Positions 1 to 12,700 of a DNA stretch of 64,000 nt are shown piece by piece. The position numbers were made by a program, and so were the translations under genes. The notes beneath the pieces were generated by a model. That model saw nothing but the letters and a program-made list of their open reading frames with translations, ran no database searches and was not told the origin of the DNA. The stretch's first letter is position 1; every line of letters begins with the position of its first letter. This DNA comes from Podarcis muralis (Eukaryota), in the NCBI RefSeq assembly GCF_964188315.1, contig NC_135665.1, positions 27,962,001 to 28,026,000 of the forward strand, written 5' to 3'.

Positions 1-1369
1 TTACATAAAAGATGCTTCTTTCATCAGGGCCTTTAGGCCACTGCAGTAATGATCATCCCCACCATAGACAAGAGACACAATCTATACTCCTGTCATGCAG
101 CCTACTGAATGAATAGTCGCTGAGAAGGAGTGCAGTCACTGAAGCAGGAGGTGGTTCAGGAAGATGGTGCCAACAGGCCATGCAGTTGAAATTACATTAT
201 CAGTTTAGGACTTTTCTTCACTGCAGCTGATATTTCCTCATCTACAGTCTTGAGTGAAAAAACAGTTATCCTGAAGTTCAGGTGTGAGGAACCTGAAGCT
301 CTCCATCAATCCCTGAAAGGCATGGTCAATGGACAAGAGTGATGGGATTTGTAGGGGAAGAAAGTGTATTCTATCCAAGGTTGAGCGAGGCTGACTGATC
401 AGCCTGCCATGTGGTTGAAAGCTTAGAAGAAGTGACTGCCTGGATGGCAGCAGGCTTTTGGGTGGCATTGAGGGTTTTCTGTATATGATTGGCTTGTTGC
501 TGCTGCTGTTGCTATTGTTTGAAATATGATCAGGTTAATTTCTAATGCTGTGTTGTTCCTGGGAGCCACCTTGAATTCAGAAACATCATACAAATACAAC
601 ATCAAATGAAAAACAACAACAGCCATTCAAAAGGCCCTACAGTCCAATTTATCCTTCTATTAATATATATTAATCAAAATATATTGCAGAGTTCACCACC
701 ATAAGGTTATTAGAAAGACAATATACTGAAGGTTGGGACAAAAAACCCCTACATTTTGAATGACGTATGATAATGAAATGATCAGATGTTGTCTTATTGA
801 AAGTCCTTATCACCCACTCATTTCTTCATACTGTATCTGGACCAGGATTAAAAGCCATTTGACTTCTTTTTGACTATCTTCATAATTAGTATCTGCTCCT
901 TCAGTTTATTATTGGGCTGTGAAATTCTCCATTGACTTCAATTTTGCAGAGTAGTAGGGTTTTCTTTTACTGTTATGATTAATTAAAAAGGTGAGGGTGA
1001 TTCTAAGGTTCCAGGGCTTTTTCCCCAGCCGGAACTATGTTTGATTGAGGGTTGGTTTCCATACCTATATCTCCCGTGAGAGTTATTGCTTGATAGGCTT
1101 CCTGTTCTTATTGATGAGAAGATGGCTGAGAAGAAGGTTCTGCATGATGGGAATTTGAAAGGGTCAGGCCACCATGTTGTAGAAATAGGGGCCATCATGT
1201 GAAAAGCAGTGTAGAGCCCCCTCTGTAATAACTGATTGAGTGATCATTCATGACTGGTGATGTTCCTATTTGCACATATCTGCCAATGACTGGTGAATAC
1301 CACAAATGGATCAGCAACTAGCGCTGTCATTGCACAGAGTGCAATGGAATAAATAAATAATGGATTTTG

Positions 1370-1632
1370 CTCCTGCAAGATGTGGTGATGGCCATCAACT
1401 TGGATGGCTTTAAGACAGGGTTGAGCAGATTGATAGATGACAGTGACTGCAAATCACAATGGCTGTGCTCTACTTCTGTTGCTAGAATATGCAGTTGCTG
1501 GGAAACACAAGCTGGGAGACCACAGTTGCACTCAGGCCCTACTTGTAGATAGGCATCTTGTTGGCCACTGTGAGAACAGGATGCTGGAGTAGATGACCCT
1601 TTGGCCTGATCCAGCAGGGGTCTTGTTATGTT
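1370..1632 (+). mobile_element. CR1 LINE 3' fragment
   Basis: GATGTGGTGATGGCC...TTGGATGGCTTTAA ORF2-end motif followed by GGCCACTGTGAGAACAGGATGCTGG...GCCTGATCCAGCAGGG, the recalled squamate CR1 3' UTR. Boundaries approximate. Confidence 0.7.
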
Positions 1633-1719
1633 TTTCGTAGATGTTACTCAGTTGAGAGCAAATTATAAACATTTTTCAAGGTTGCATTTTTGTTGTGGAA
1701 ATAATGCATGTTCATAGTA

Positions 1720-1951
1720 CAGTGGTACCTCAGCTTAAGTACTTAATTCGTTCTGGAGGTCTGTTCTTAACCTGAAACTGTTCTTAACCTGAAGCACCAC
1801 TTTAGCTAATGGGGCCTCCTGCTGCCACTGCACCGCCAGAGCACAATTTCTGTTCTCATCCTGAAGCAAAGTTCTTAACCCGAGGTAATATTTCTGGGTT
1901 AGTGGAGTCTGTAACCTGAAGCGTATGTAACCTGAAGCGTATGTAACCCGA

Positions 1952-1997
<46 letters not shown>

Positions 1998-2001
1998 TCT
2001 G
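1720..2001. mobile_element. Tc1/mariner (Tigger/pogo-like) MITE, copy 1 of 5; right TIR interrupted by (AAT)14
   Basis: TA|CAGTGGTACCTC left end and internal GTAACCTGAAGC repeats. The right end reads AGGTA-(AAT)n-ATCTG|TA rather than AGGTACCACTG|TA. Confidence 0.85.
1955..1996. repeat. (AAT)14 microsatellite
   Basis: Counted directly. Confidence 0.95.
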
Positions 2002-3177
2002 TACTCAAATTACATTACCTGCCCCCCTGCGATTATGAACAACCACTTGCAACGTGTTTTGGTGTATGTCACTGGGATCTTTTTTTTGCGGTAAGGAAAA
2101 ATCCTGTATTAAAATGACAAGGAGAAATGATGTGGCATTTTGATGCTTACAATGGCCAACACTGTGAGAAACATGTGTGCAAGAGCAGTCCTGATTCCGG
2201 AACAAATATCTGAAGAAAGATATCCAGTTCTTTTTAACATTGTGTTTTGAAATCCTCTCCTCATCTCTTTTGCATATACAATGTGAGCAGTCTTCTATTT
2301 TAAAGCTTAATTTAATTTTTAATATTTTCCCTCCTCCCTGTTCCACATGTGGTGCACTTCCTTTGTTCTTTAGTGGCATATGGCTCAGAATTATCCCTAG
2401 GAGCAAAGTACCAGGATGATTCTCGGTGAATTTTCCATAGGCGGAAAGACCCTTCATTACTCAAGCAATCAATACTGCACACAAGCAGAGTGGCGTATCA
2501 ACAGTGTTTGAAATGCTCTAAAGGGCAGCCCCGTTTCCCATTCAGTCTTGCTTAATGGGCTTTGAATGCCTGCAGGTGAACATTTTATTGTTAATGTAAT
2601 GATTTAATTTGGTTTGGGGGTGAAATGATATCTGCTCATAAATACGATGCAAGCTTAATGGAAAAAACCTCCCTTTTTGCTCTGCCTGCCAGTATTTTGT
2701 CAGATGCTTGTCTTTAAAAGTCACCATACACTGAGGCTGTTTTAAGACAGGTAACTCCCAAATGATTATAACTCATTGCTCTTCTGCTGTCAGCCACAAG
2801 CGGAATTGAGTAGCCACACTATCTGGAATATTGCACTTTTCCCATATGTTCATTCCACTATGTTCCATCCACACCAGTGAGTATGGTGTAGCTGTTGGTG
2901 GTGGAAAACAGAAAAAAAGCTTGCTTAATGCTATTCCCAGTAGAACAACGCAAGAAACCCCCAATCAATAAACCTAACTCCTGCCCTCCTGCGAATAACA
3001 TGTGGAAGTTAGCCTAAAAATGGGGAGACAAAACCTTCATGCACACTAAAAGCTTGGTGAAACAAAAAGTTCTGACATGGAAAAGAAAGGAAGCCAGACC
3101 AACTTATCTAGGGCAGAATCTCCATAACCTAAACAGAAATGGCCCTATATCGCATCCCAACCAATTGCTGTGAAAGT

Positions 3178-3525
3178 GTTGTTGTTGTTTAGTCGTGTCC
3201 GACTCTCCGTGACCCCATGGACCAGAGCACGCCAGGCACTCCTGTCTTCTACTGCCTCCCGCAGTTTGGTCAAACTCATGTTTGTAGCTTCGAGAACACT
3301 GTCCAACCATCTCGTCCTCCGCCGTCCCCTTCTCCTTGTGCCCTCAATCTTTCCCAACATCAGGGTCTTTTCCAGGGAGTCTTCTCTTCTCATGAGGTGG
3401 CCAAAGTATTGGAGCCTCAGCTTCACGATCTGTCCTTCCAATGAGCACTCAGGGCTAATTTCCTTAAGAATGGATGCGTTTGATCTTCTTGCAGTCCATG
3501 GGACTCTCAAGAGTCTCCTCCAGCA
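3178..3525 (-). mobile_element. Bov-B (RTE clade) LINE, 5'-truncated 3' end
   Basis: Minus strand encodes MRREDSLEKTLMLGKIEGTRRRGRRRTRWLDSVLEATNMSLTKLREAVEDRSAWRALVHGVT (Bov-B ORF C-terminus) with a (CAA)n tail. Confidence 0.92.
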
Positions 3526-3589
3526 GTGGTAGGGCATACCAAAGTGGTAGGGCATACCAAAAGGTCTCCAATGTTGGGTACAATGGGTG

Positions 3590-3936
3590 CATAGGCGCCG
3601 ACTCCATGGGGCTTGAGCGGGCCCAAGCCCCCTCAAAAATTCGTTTGGGGGGGCTCCGCCCCCCCAATAATCTCCGGCGCCCCTCCAGCAGAGCGCCATC
3701 GCCGCCCCTCCCCCAGCCCAAAATGCACAGGGAGGGGCGGGCTGCATGCCTCCTGCCCTCCCTCCCGAGCAAAAGCTCCACCCAATTTCCTTTGGAGCTG
3801 ATTAATAGGCGCAGCACGCTCTCCCCTATTCGCTCACGAGGAGGCGGCGCCACTTTATTTGCATATTCATGAGCTTATTTATTATTCATGAGCTTTCCCG
3901 GGCCCCCCCAATATTTTTTATAAGTCCGCGTCCCTG
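3590..3936. mobile_element. hAT MITE with 8-bp TSD
   Basis: Ends CATAGGCGCCGACT / AAGTCCGCGTCCCTG (imperfect TIR). Identical flanks AATGGGTG at 3582-3589 and 3937-3944. Confidence 0.85.
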
Positions 3937-4075
3937 AATGGGTGGGCAAGAACATATCCTGTTTCCAAACAATGCAGTTTTTTGTAGGTAAGAATCAGCA
4001 CTTTAGATTGTGCCTTAAAACAAAGTGGAAGGAAATGCAGATGAAACAAAACTGGGGTGAAATGGTCAGCTAAGT
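3937..4075 (-). mobile_element. L2 LINE ORF2 remnant
   Basis: Minus strand HFTPVLFHLHFLPLCFKAQSKVLILTYK resembles the L2 motif HITPVLxxLHWLPxxFRxxFKVLxLTYK. Confidence 0.65.
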
Positions 4076-4340
4076 GGGCTCGGAAATCAGTGGATGTCTG
4101 CCATATTGTGTAGCAACCTGATTGTGAGAAACAGCCATCACAGACCAAGCATGGCTGACAATATGTTTTGCATCAGGTGCAGAATGCTCAGGCAGAATGC
4201 TTTTTCTCATGGAGGGCGGATCACACCTTCAGCGGAGAGTCAACCAACTCATGTACATACATTTATGAAATCAGCTCTGAATTGAGTAATGGCACGAGTA
4301 TGACTTTTATCATTTGTCTGCTTCACCTGCTTCCTACTAG

Positions 4341-4488
4341 CAAAGTTGTGGCAGCAGCTGATGGCAGCTGATTCCATTTCTGAGATGCTTGAAGAATTTC
4401 TGGAGAAGTCGGATCAGATCTGGATTTAAAGAAAACAGAGGAATAGACTGGAAGCTCCTGCGGTATAAGAGACCTGGCTCTTGAGATG
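4341..4488 (+). other. Candidate exon (unassigned)
   Basis: Pyrimidine tract plus TAG acceptor at 4340; ATG|GTGAGT donor at 4489. One frame reads KLWQQLMAADSISEMLEEFLEKSDQIWI*. No homology recognised. Confidence 0.2.
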
Positions 4489-5310
4489 GTGAGTATAATA
4501 ATGACTTGATACAAAATTGCAGTATTTACAAAAATGATTTTATATCCAATTTACATTATGCATCTGCTAGAAATGACTGTTAAAACAAACACCATAAAAA
4601 ACCAGTTTTTATATTTCACTAAAAACCCTTGAGTTGCTGCCTAATCTCTTAAATGAACCAATCTCCTAAGTTAGTAAATCTGTGAGATGTTCATATATTG
4701 CAATGTAAGTGTCTTTTCATTCAGATGCAACCATACGACTCTCCAGTAGTATTAAACCATTCAGATTTGACAAAATGCCTTATTTCCTCTATGTCCAGTT
4801 TCATATTAACGGTTACAATAAAATCTGTCACAGAGCTTAGTCTGTGCTCCACAAAGTCTTATCCTGCCTCATCAAATTTTCCAGTAGTACCCCACAGAAG
4901 TTATTGATCGTTCTGATTTGCAACACTTTGGAAAGTTAATGACTGAATACTCTAAATGTGCACCCAGTACTTGAAAATCAATCGCTTGCATGGATTCTCA
5001 AAAACAAACAAAACACAAGAGAGCTGTTTAGTTATCGTTTCCAAGCTTGGCTGTCTTTTTCTATCCACTTCAGTAATTACATTGAATCACCCTTAGTATG
5101 TTCTCCCGTGTTCTGAAATTGAAAGGTTGGGCTTGCCTGCTCAGTAGCTGTTGCCAGGGGAGGTGGAAGTTAAATCTGTAGGTTTCCTAATGTGTTAGGA
5201 AGACAGTTCCTTGCTTAGTCCACAACAAATTAACTGTGTATTCCAAAGCAGAATTGAGGCCCACAGAATTAAGGCCCACTGAGATTAATTCCCAGGTAAG
5301 TGTGTGTGAA

Positions 5311-5640
5311 GGGACGCGGGTGGAGCTGTGGTCTAAACCACAGAGCCTAGGGCTTGCCAATTGGAAGGTCGGTGATTCGAATCCCCATGATGGGGTGAGC
5401 TCCCGTTGTTCGGTCCCTGCTCCTGCCAACCTAGCAATTCGAAAGCATGTCAAAGTGCAATAGATAAATAGGTACCGCTCCGGCGGGAAAGTAAATGGCA
5501 TTTACGTGCGCTGCTCTGGTTTCGCCAGAAGCGGCTTAGTCATGCTGGCCACATGAACTGGAAAAACTGTCTGCGGACAAATATCGGCTCCCTCGGCCAG
5601 TAAAGCGACTCAACTTAACTGTCAGGGGTCCTTTACCTTT
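5311..5640 (+). mobile_element. Sauria SINE (subfamily type B)
   Basis: GGGACGCGGGTGG..CTGTGG tRNA-like head, GGTTCGAATCCCC B-box, Bov-B-like tail ending CTTTACCTTT. TAAGTGTGT is duplicated on both flanks. Confidence 0.92.
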
Positions 5641-7084
5641 TTAAGTGTGTATAGGACAGCAGCCTTAGGCTGAAAAAAAGGGGGATGGCAGCAACTTGGA
5701 AAAATTGTAATTCTTAGGCTGCTAACATAGCAAAAACTATGCAGGAGGAAGCAGTTATGAGCTACTAGTCTCTTCAGCCACAGCAGGTGCTGTGATTCTC
5801 CAGCAGCTTGACTTCACCCCTGAGGCGTGAGACACCCCATTGTCTCTCAATACAGACAGATGCCAACAACAACAACAAATGGGGTATATAAATATAGAAG
5901 AGACAGTGTAAAAGCGATGTGATGTTTCCCCAGGCAATTCTGTAAGCAGGAACCAACAGCAAAATTAGGGGAACCATCCAAGCATACAGGATTCTTACGG
6001 GATTAAACTGCACTGGTAATTCATTCAAATGTAATTTTGTGGAAGTGTACACCGAGGGGGAACACGTCGAAAATGTATAATGTAAGCAAGAAAGAGGATG
6101 CCAGAACTGGCCAGCAGCCAGGGGATAGGCAAAAAGCCTTACTGCAAGGACTGGGAGTTTTAAGATAAGCAAAATAATTCAATCTAACAAAATAAATCCA
6201 ACAAAACAGGGGACTCTGTGGAAAGTTCAAGGCAGCACACCAGGAGGCCAAGGTTAAAATTGAGAAAGAAAAACCTCTCCGGGGCTTCCTTCTTTATTCA
6301 CAGCTGGAGTGACTTCAGAATAAAAAGTAGCATTGTATAATGTCAGGGGCTCCCTTCCACGCTTGCATAATTTTATGGAATCTGAGGATTTAAGGAAGGG
6401 AGAGAGAGAGAAGGCGCTCGGAGCTCAGTTTTCTAGAACTCTGTGAATTCCCATTTCCCCTTCTGAAGCATTTCGTTTATAATCTTCGAGAAAATCACTC
6501 TGTGTTTAATTAACGTAATATCGAGTCCCACCGTCGCTGATTTAGAAATAGGCCTCATGTTTCCCCCAACATCAAAGGAAGGGAAGGAATTCTCACCTCA
6601 CTTATCCTCTTGAATTCTGCCTATAGCAGCTTTCACAAGATGTGACCGGCATCAGCTCAGGATTTAATACAAATCTTTCAAGGCAACCTAGAAAACCCCC
6701 AGTGATATTTACAAGGATGATCAAGGTTTGCACTTGTGGCAAGTGTTTCTGACCAGAGAGACTCTCCTTCCCCCATGACATGAAAGGCTTTGAAATCCAC
6801 TCAGGCACAAGCTATGGAATGAGAAACAAGAAAACCCTCTCTGGCAAACTGTTTTCAAAGAGAAGCATGGCACAGCAGTATATTACGTCCAGAGGAACAC
6901 CCCCCCCCCCGCAAAAAAGCTCATGTTGATGTGATGCATTCTAATGCAGCTAGAAAGTTGATCACAGTTAAATGACTGAAACTTAAAATTTATCACTTAA
7001 AACAATCTTTTCATGGGGAGTGCATTTTGTATTATTTTTCACCAATGGAGATGTAATGACTCACCGGAGCAAGACGGTCTGAGC

Positions 7085-7935
7085 ATATTATACCGATCCC
7101 GGTCCAACTGCACTGGCTACTGATTCGTTTCCAGGCCAAATTCAAAGTGCTGGTTTTGACCTACAAAGCCTTAAATGGCTCAGGACCGCAGTACCTCAAG
7201 GACCGCCTCTTTCCATATAAACCTACCTGAGATCATCTTCTGAGGCCCTTCTTTGTGTGCCTCCTCCCTGAGAGGTCAGGAGGGTGGCAACACGAGAATG
7301 GGCCTTCTCTGCAGTGGCTCCCCATCTATGGAATGTTCTCCCCAGGGAAGTTCACTTGGCACCTTCATTATATACATTTAGGTACCAGGCAAAAAGGGAC
7401 GCGGGTGGTGCTGTGGGTAAAAGCCTCAGCGCCTAGGGCTTGCTGATCGAAAGGTCGGCGGTTCGAATCCCCGCGGCGGGGTGCGCTCCCGTCATTCGGT
7501 CCCAGCGCCTGCCAACCTAGCAGTTCGAAAGCACTCCCGGGTGCAAGTAGATAAATAGGTACCGCTTACTAGCGGGAAGGTAAACGGCGTTACCGTGTGC
7601 TGCGCTGGCTCGCCAGATGCAGCTTTGTCACGCTGGCCACGTGACCCGGAAGTGTCTCCGGACAGCGCTGGCCCCTGGCCTATAGAGTGAGATGGGCGCA
7701 CAACCCTAGAGTCTGTCAAGACTGGCCCATACAGGCAGGGCTACGTTTACCTTTTACCAGGCAAAAGCGTTCCTTTTTAACCAGGCCTTTGGTTGACTTG
7801 ATAAAATCTGGCTCTTTCGGGGGGGGGGTATTATTGGGTTATTGCTTTTATTTTTATTTTATATACTGTGATCTTTGTATGTGAACCTCCCTGAGTCCTC
7901 CAGGTAGAGGGCAGTATATAAATTTGATAAACAGC

Positions 7936-7976
<41 letters not shown>

Positions 7977-7977
7977 C
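7085..7977 (+). mobile_element. L2 LINE 3' end, split by a Sauria SINE, with (CAA)n tail
   Basis: LHWLLIRFQAKFKVLVLTYKALNGSGPQYLKDRL L2 motif. Sequence resumes after the SINE and ends in GAGGGCAGTATATAAAT + (CAA)n. Confidence 0.85.
7396..7754 (+). mobile_element. Sauria SINE (young type A) with 12-bp TSD
   Basis: Full head and tail; TACCAGGCAAAA at 7383-7394 and 7755-7766. Confidence 0.95.
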
Positions 7978-8688
7978 TCCCTTGCTGCCTTGGGATGACA
8001 GACTCTGGAGAAATGAATGGGAAGGGCATGCTGGAAGAGATGAAAGTGCTTCTCTTCCCTTCTCATCCCACCTGGCTCTAGAGTGGTGATAGGGCTCCCA
8101 GCTTGAGGATTTCCTGAGCCACAGAGCCTCTCTTTATAAGCTTTGCATCCATGGTGTTTCTGAAGACTGTTGCTTCCCCTTTTGTTCTTCCAGGTTTGAG
8201 CTCCAAATTTATAGGCAAAGTATTCAAATACTGTGCAAGGAGCAGGTTATACCACCTGCCTTGGCTTTTCTGCTCCTAATTGCCTCCATTCTCTTGCTAC
8301 TTTGCTCTGCACTTTTAGCAAACATTGCGCTTCCAATTTATTCTACGGCTTTTCTTTAAATGCATGCGGCTTGCCCCCCCCCCTCTATCTCTCTCTCTCT
8401 TTCTCTCTCTCAAGATTTTAAAAGTCTTCTCAAACTTTGGATCAAGGGAAGCAGCTTTACTTCAATGTGACAGATAGACTCTTTCATGAGTGAAAGAGTA
8501 AAGCAGCTGATTTATTTTGTACATAAAACATCCACTCACTTCAGAGCAGAATAGCACTCGCCTCAGCCATTTAAAACCTGTTTCCCCCCCCCTCGCTGAT
8601 CAGAGGGATTGAATCATAGCCCAGTTTTCAGATACAATACTGCTTCTGCCGAAGAATCCTTAGGAAATAATATTTGGGGCTGCATTTG

Positions 8689-8812
8689 CACTGCACATTT
8701 AAAGCACTGTGATAGCAATTTAAACAGTCCTGGCTTCCCACAAAGAATTATGGGAACTGTAGTTTGATAAGGGTACTGAGTGCTATTAGGATACCCCTAT
8801 TCCCCTCACAGA
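8689..8812. mobile_element. Partial palindromic MITE (same family as 17597-17898)
   Basis: CATTTAAAGCAC...GGCTTCCCACAAAGAATTATGGGAACTGTAGTTT shared with the other copies. Confidence 0.6.
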
Positions 8813-8857
8813 TACATTGAAGAAAGCCCTGCTGTGCTCTGGTTCTGATTGTGGTCT

Positions 8858-8945
8858 TCCCATAGGCATCTGGTTGGCCGCTGTGAGAACAGGATGCTGG
8901 TCCAAATGGACCGCTGGCCTGATCCAGCAGGGTTACTGTCTGTCC
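8858..8945 (+). mobile_element. CR1 3' UTR fragment
   Basis: GGCCGCTGTGAGAACAGGATGCTGG...CCTGATCCAGCAGGG, near-identical to 1561-1620. Confidence 0.7.
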
Positions 8946-9521
8946 TGACTTTTCTATTAGTGGTAGCAATTTCTCTTACTTCCAACACCATTTCTAGTGC
9001 TAGATTTTTCACAGAAGAACTGGCAAAGCAGTATAGGCAGATGCTCATGTGGCTGAGGAAGACTCCGCTTTCCTGCATTTCTTGCCCTGCGATTCCTGGT
9101 TGCACTGCCACCATTACTTCCCTGCACTAATGGAGTCCTTTCAACATTTTAAAAATTCCATAGGTCAACCGTTCAGGGAATTGTGGAAGAGATTTAGCCT
9201 CGCTCACCCCCCCCACTGAATAGTGGTATTTTAATCTGCGTTGACTGCTTACACTTCATCATATGTCAACATGGCTTCGAACTTCCATTCTGTTTCAGCT
9301 GCTGTGGTTGCCTTGGTCTTGACATTCCCCACAGTTTCATGCAGTGTTGTGTGTGTGTGTGTGCCCGTGCTGCAGTGCAAGTGCATTCATACAAAATGGT
9401 CCTCCGTCTAATATGTTTGTATTAATGAAAGATGCTTTTATTTTAAAAAAATCTGTGAGGAATTATTCATACTATTTTCTTGGGGACTGCTATGGCTGGC
9501 ACAGTAAAGTACCACCCACAA

Positions 9522-9748
9522 CAGTGGTACCTCGGGTTACATACGCTTCAGGTTACAGACTCCGCTAACCCAGAAATAGTGCTTCAGGTTAAGAACTTTG
9601 CTTCAGGATAAGAACAGAAATCGTGCTCTGGCGGCGCAGCAGCAGCAGGAGGCCCCCATTAGCTAAAGTGGTGCTTCAGGTTAAGAACAGTTTCAGGTTA
9701 AGAACAGACCTCCGGAACGAATTCAGTACTTAACCCGAGGCACCACTG
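9522..9748. mobile_element. Tc1/mariner MITE, copy 2 (opposite orientation to copy 1)
   Basis: CAGTGGTACCTCGGGTT ... AACCCGAGGCACCACTG|TA. Confidence 0.9.
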
Positions 9749-12700
9749 TATTGCCTTGGCTGTGGCAATGGGCATTTTGGGATTGAAATAGGCTCCCTAC
9801 AGTGAAACAACAGTGACTGGCCCATTTCCAGTCTACTGCAGAAAATCAGTGCCTCAGTGGCACTAAAGGGCTCCTGATATCACTACATTTCCCCACTGTC
9901 AAGTTGAATTAGTACTTTCTAGACTTCAGTATGCATGCATACACACAATTCCTGCACTCATTCATGGGCCAGTCTTGGCCCAGAAAGAGGACCAATTTGG
10001 CTCAAATCACACCCACCCATCAACTGATGCCACACCTTGCTTGTGTCAGATGTGGGAAGACTGTGTTGCCCTTATCCTCGGGCAGAAAGATGTATTGGCC
10101 AGCTCTGACCTAATGTATCACATTTTAAAGGTTATTTGTGTGTGCGTGTGTAAAAGGTTTCCAACAAACTTACGCGCATTTAGAATCCATCAAGCAAGTA
10201 AATCAAGAAATGTTTTACACCTCCATTTGTAAATGAATAGGATACTTCCCCTTTTGTGTTTTTGTGATGAATGCAAGCAGGTGCATTTTCTGCTTTGAAA
10301 TCTCATCCCTCCAGGATTTATATCAAAGATTAAAGAATTCACTAGACCATTTGAATCAAAAGGGAATGGCTTATACTTCAGTGAGAATCTCACCACTGAG
10401 CTGTTCAACTGTTGCCTTTTGTCCCTCGTTACAATGTCGTACGATAAACACTGATGTGAATCGGGAATCAGTTTACTGGTAATGTTGACAGAGATGGGGA
10501 AAAACCCACATAAAGATTAAAGAATTGGTTCTTAAGAGCTTAAAACAACTTAACACAGACAAAGCAGCATCTAGCCAAGGCGGAAAGAATCCATGAACTG
10601 CAGGCCACAATAAGGGAAGGAAGCAAAGCTGTAGCTTTACAGTGTGCTTTCTTTTTTTGCATTCACTTGGTTCAGGAATTTAGAAGGCTCAAAGTTGAAG
10701 GCAGGAGACAAAAATACTTCTTTAAAAGACCCAGAGGCTTTCATGGGTCAGGTAGCATATTGGAGGAGGCATTTGCATTGGGGAAAGAGCAGGGGTGAAA
10801 GGGTTAAATCTGCTTACCCAGTGTCAGGGTCCAAATGTAATTCAGAACCCTGTAGGTGGCTTTTAAAAAAAAATCCCTTAAACAGATGCAAGATGTGATC
10901 ATGCATGTCCAAAGCCTTTCCTAGTTTTGTTAAACTCTGATGGTGGGGAACATTTGGAGACCCGACTAAATGATAAAAACCGATACCATGGGTTGGCATG
11001 ACATTATTCATGCAATAAGCAATTGTATGAATGGTTTTCTTAAACCATTATGTAAGGCCCTAGTCTGGACCATAGTAGGATAGATTTAAGAAGACCCTTA
11101 ACTGTTTGCTCCATCCATCAGTCCTTGGTAAGTGTCTAGATCTGGGGACTGAGTTATATTATTTGTACTCTAAACGAAGTTCCCCTTGATGTGAATGGGA
11201 GATTGTATTTCAATGCAAATAGCAGGTTTTCCACAATCGTGATCTAAATCAGTACTATTGTGTGGGGCAAAGAGTTAATCCACTAAAACAAAACAGCCTT
11301 CCATGGCTGCTATTTACTGATCAATTGAAAATTCTTTAAATGGAAAATGTTTTATGATTATTATGTCAATCCAGTGTTGTGTACTACTATTGTCTATATT
11401 TAAAGTAAATAGCGACAATAAAAATATATAGTTTGTCTTTAATTTTCTGCAGTTAATTGAAATGCAACCAATGAAATTGTGCACAATTATATAAGTCTAA
11501 GAAACTCTGCTTATGTTTTTGCTGTGCAAAATGAAAAACTAGCTCGTGCAATGTTGCAGCTTCAGGAATCTGAAAGTTGGTGCAGAATAGGTGTCTCTGA
11601 TCCTCACCCACAGAGGGTGCCCAAGCACAGAGGACCAAATTTCCCATTACAACATCAGCCCTGTCAGCTTCTTCCCCAAATATTAAAGGGGGAAGCTGAA
11701 CCATCCTAGATTTTTCTTTGAAAATTTCCTCCTCCCAATGAGAACCTAAGACTGGAAGCAATCCCCCACTGAGAGAAAAATGGTGGAGAAAATTGCTTTG
11801 TGGGAGAGAGACGGTATAGTGTGGGCAAGGTAGTGACGACGCAGATCACAGTGCTGTTGGTCAACAGGACCACAAGTTTTCTTCCTGCACCCTAGCACTG
11901 ACCAAGGCTGAGCATTAACTCAAAATCATGACCCTTAGTCCACTGGGTGCCAACTTTCCCAGGTTGCTTAAATCGTGCTGTACCTTTGCTGATTTTGTTT
12001 TCTTGGATTCCTTCATAAACTTGCATTGCTTTGATGCTGCACTGTATCTTACTGTATTGTTGTATATTCTTTCAGTGCTGTGAGCCAACCAGATAGCTTT
12101 TTGTCATGGGGTGGTCTACAAACAAAGAAATAGCTAGTGCCGGTCAGGTATCTGTATGGTAGGAATGAAAGCCACATTTCAAATAGCGTGCACCCACCTA
12201 ATAATGCTTAGAATACATTGAGCTATTATTGACTAAACTTGCAGGAAATTTCAAGAGTCTGCTTACTATTATTATTGTTGTTGTCGTTATTATTCCTCTG
12301 CATGCTAATATTCAAAACCCTGAAGAGGGGGAGGTGGGTTAGACTGTGCTAGAGGGCTAATTCATTAGCATATCAAAGCCAAAGACATAGAAAGGATGTT
12401 AGTTTGAGATGCTTAGATAGTGATCCAATTAGCTTGCTTTTACATTTCTGCCAGGAAGCTAATCCAATAAAAAGTAGCATCTTGACCTACTCAGCGTCTC
12501 CCAATATGTGAGTGCAACGTGGGATTTTTATTTTTATTTTTTGTAAAGGCAATTGGGGATTTAGCTGGTATAAAAGATTCTATGCAAAATAAAATTGAGG
12601 GTTTTATTATTATTGTTATTATCGCATTGCAATTATAGATAAGGAAACTCTAGCATTGATTATATACAGTAGTATGGCTTGCCACCCTGAACTTAATTTC

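Noticed and set aside
983-1198. 71-aa minus-strand ORF as a terminal exon
   Set aside because: No homology recognised, no convincing acceptor, and the length is within chance expectation.
1745-1953. Recurrent TAACCTGAA(G) repeats as a CRISPR-like array
   Set aside because: These are internal repeats of the mariner MITE with no unique spacers, and the DNA is eukaryotic.
3145-3747. 200-aa minus-strand ORF (also 52306-52770)
   Set aside because: Chimeric read-through of MITE or flank DNA into the Bov-B ORF C-terminus; not a cellular gene.
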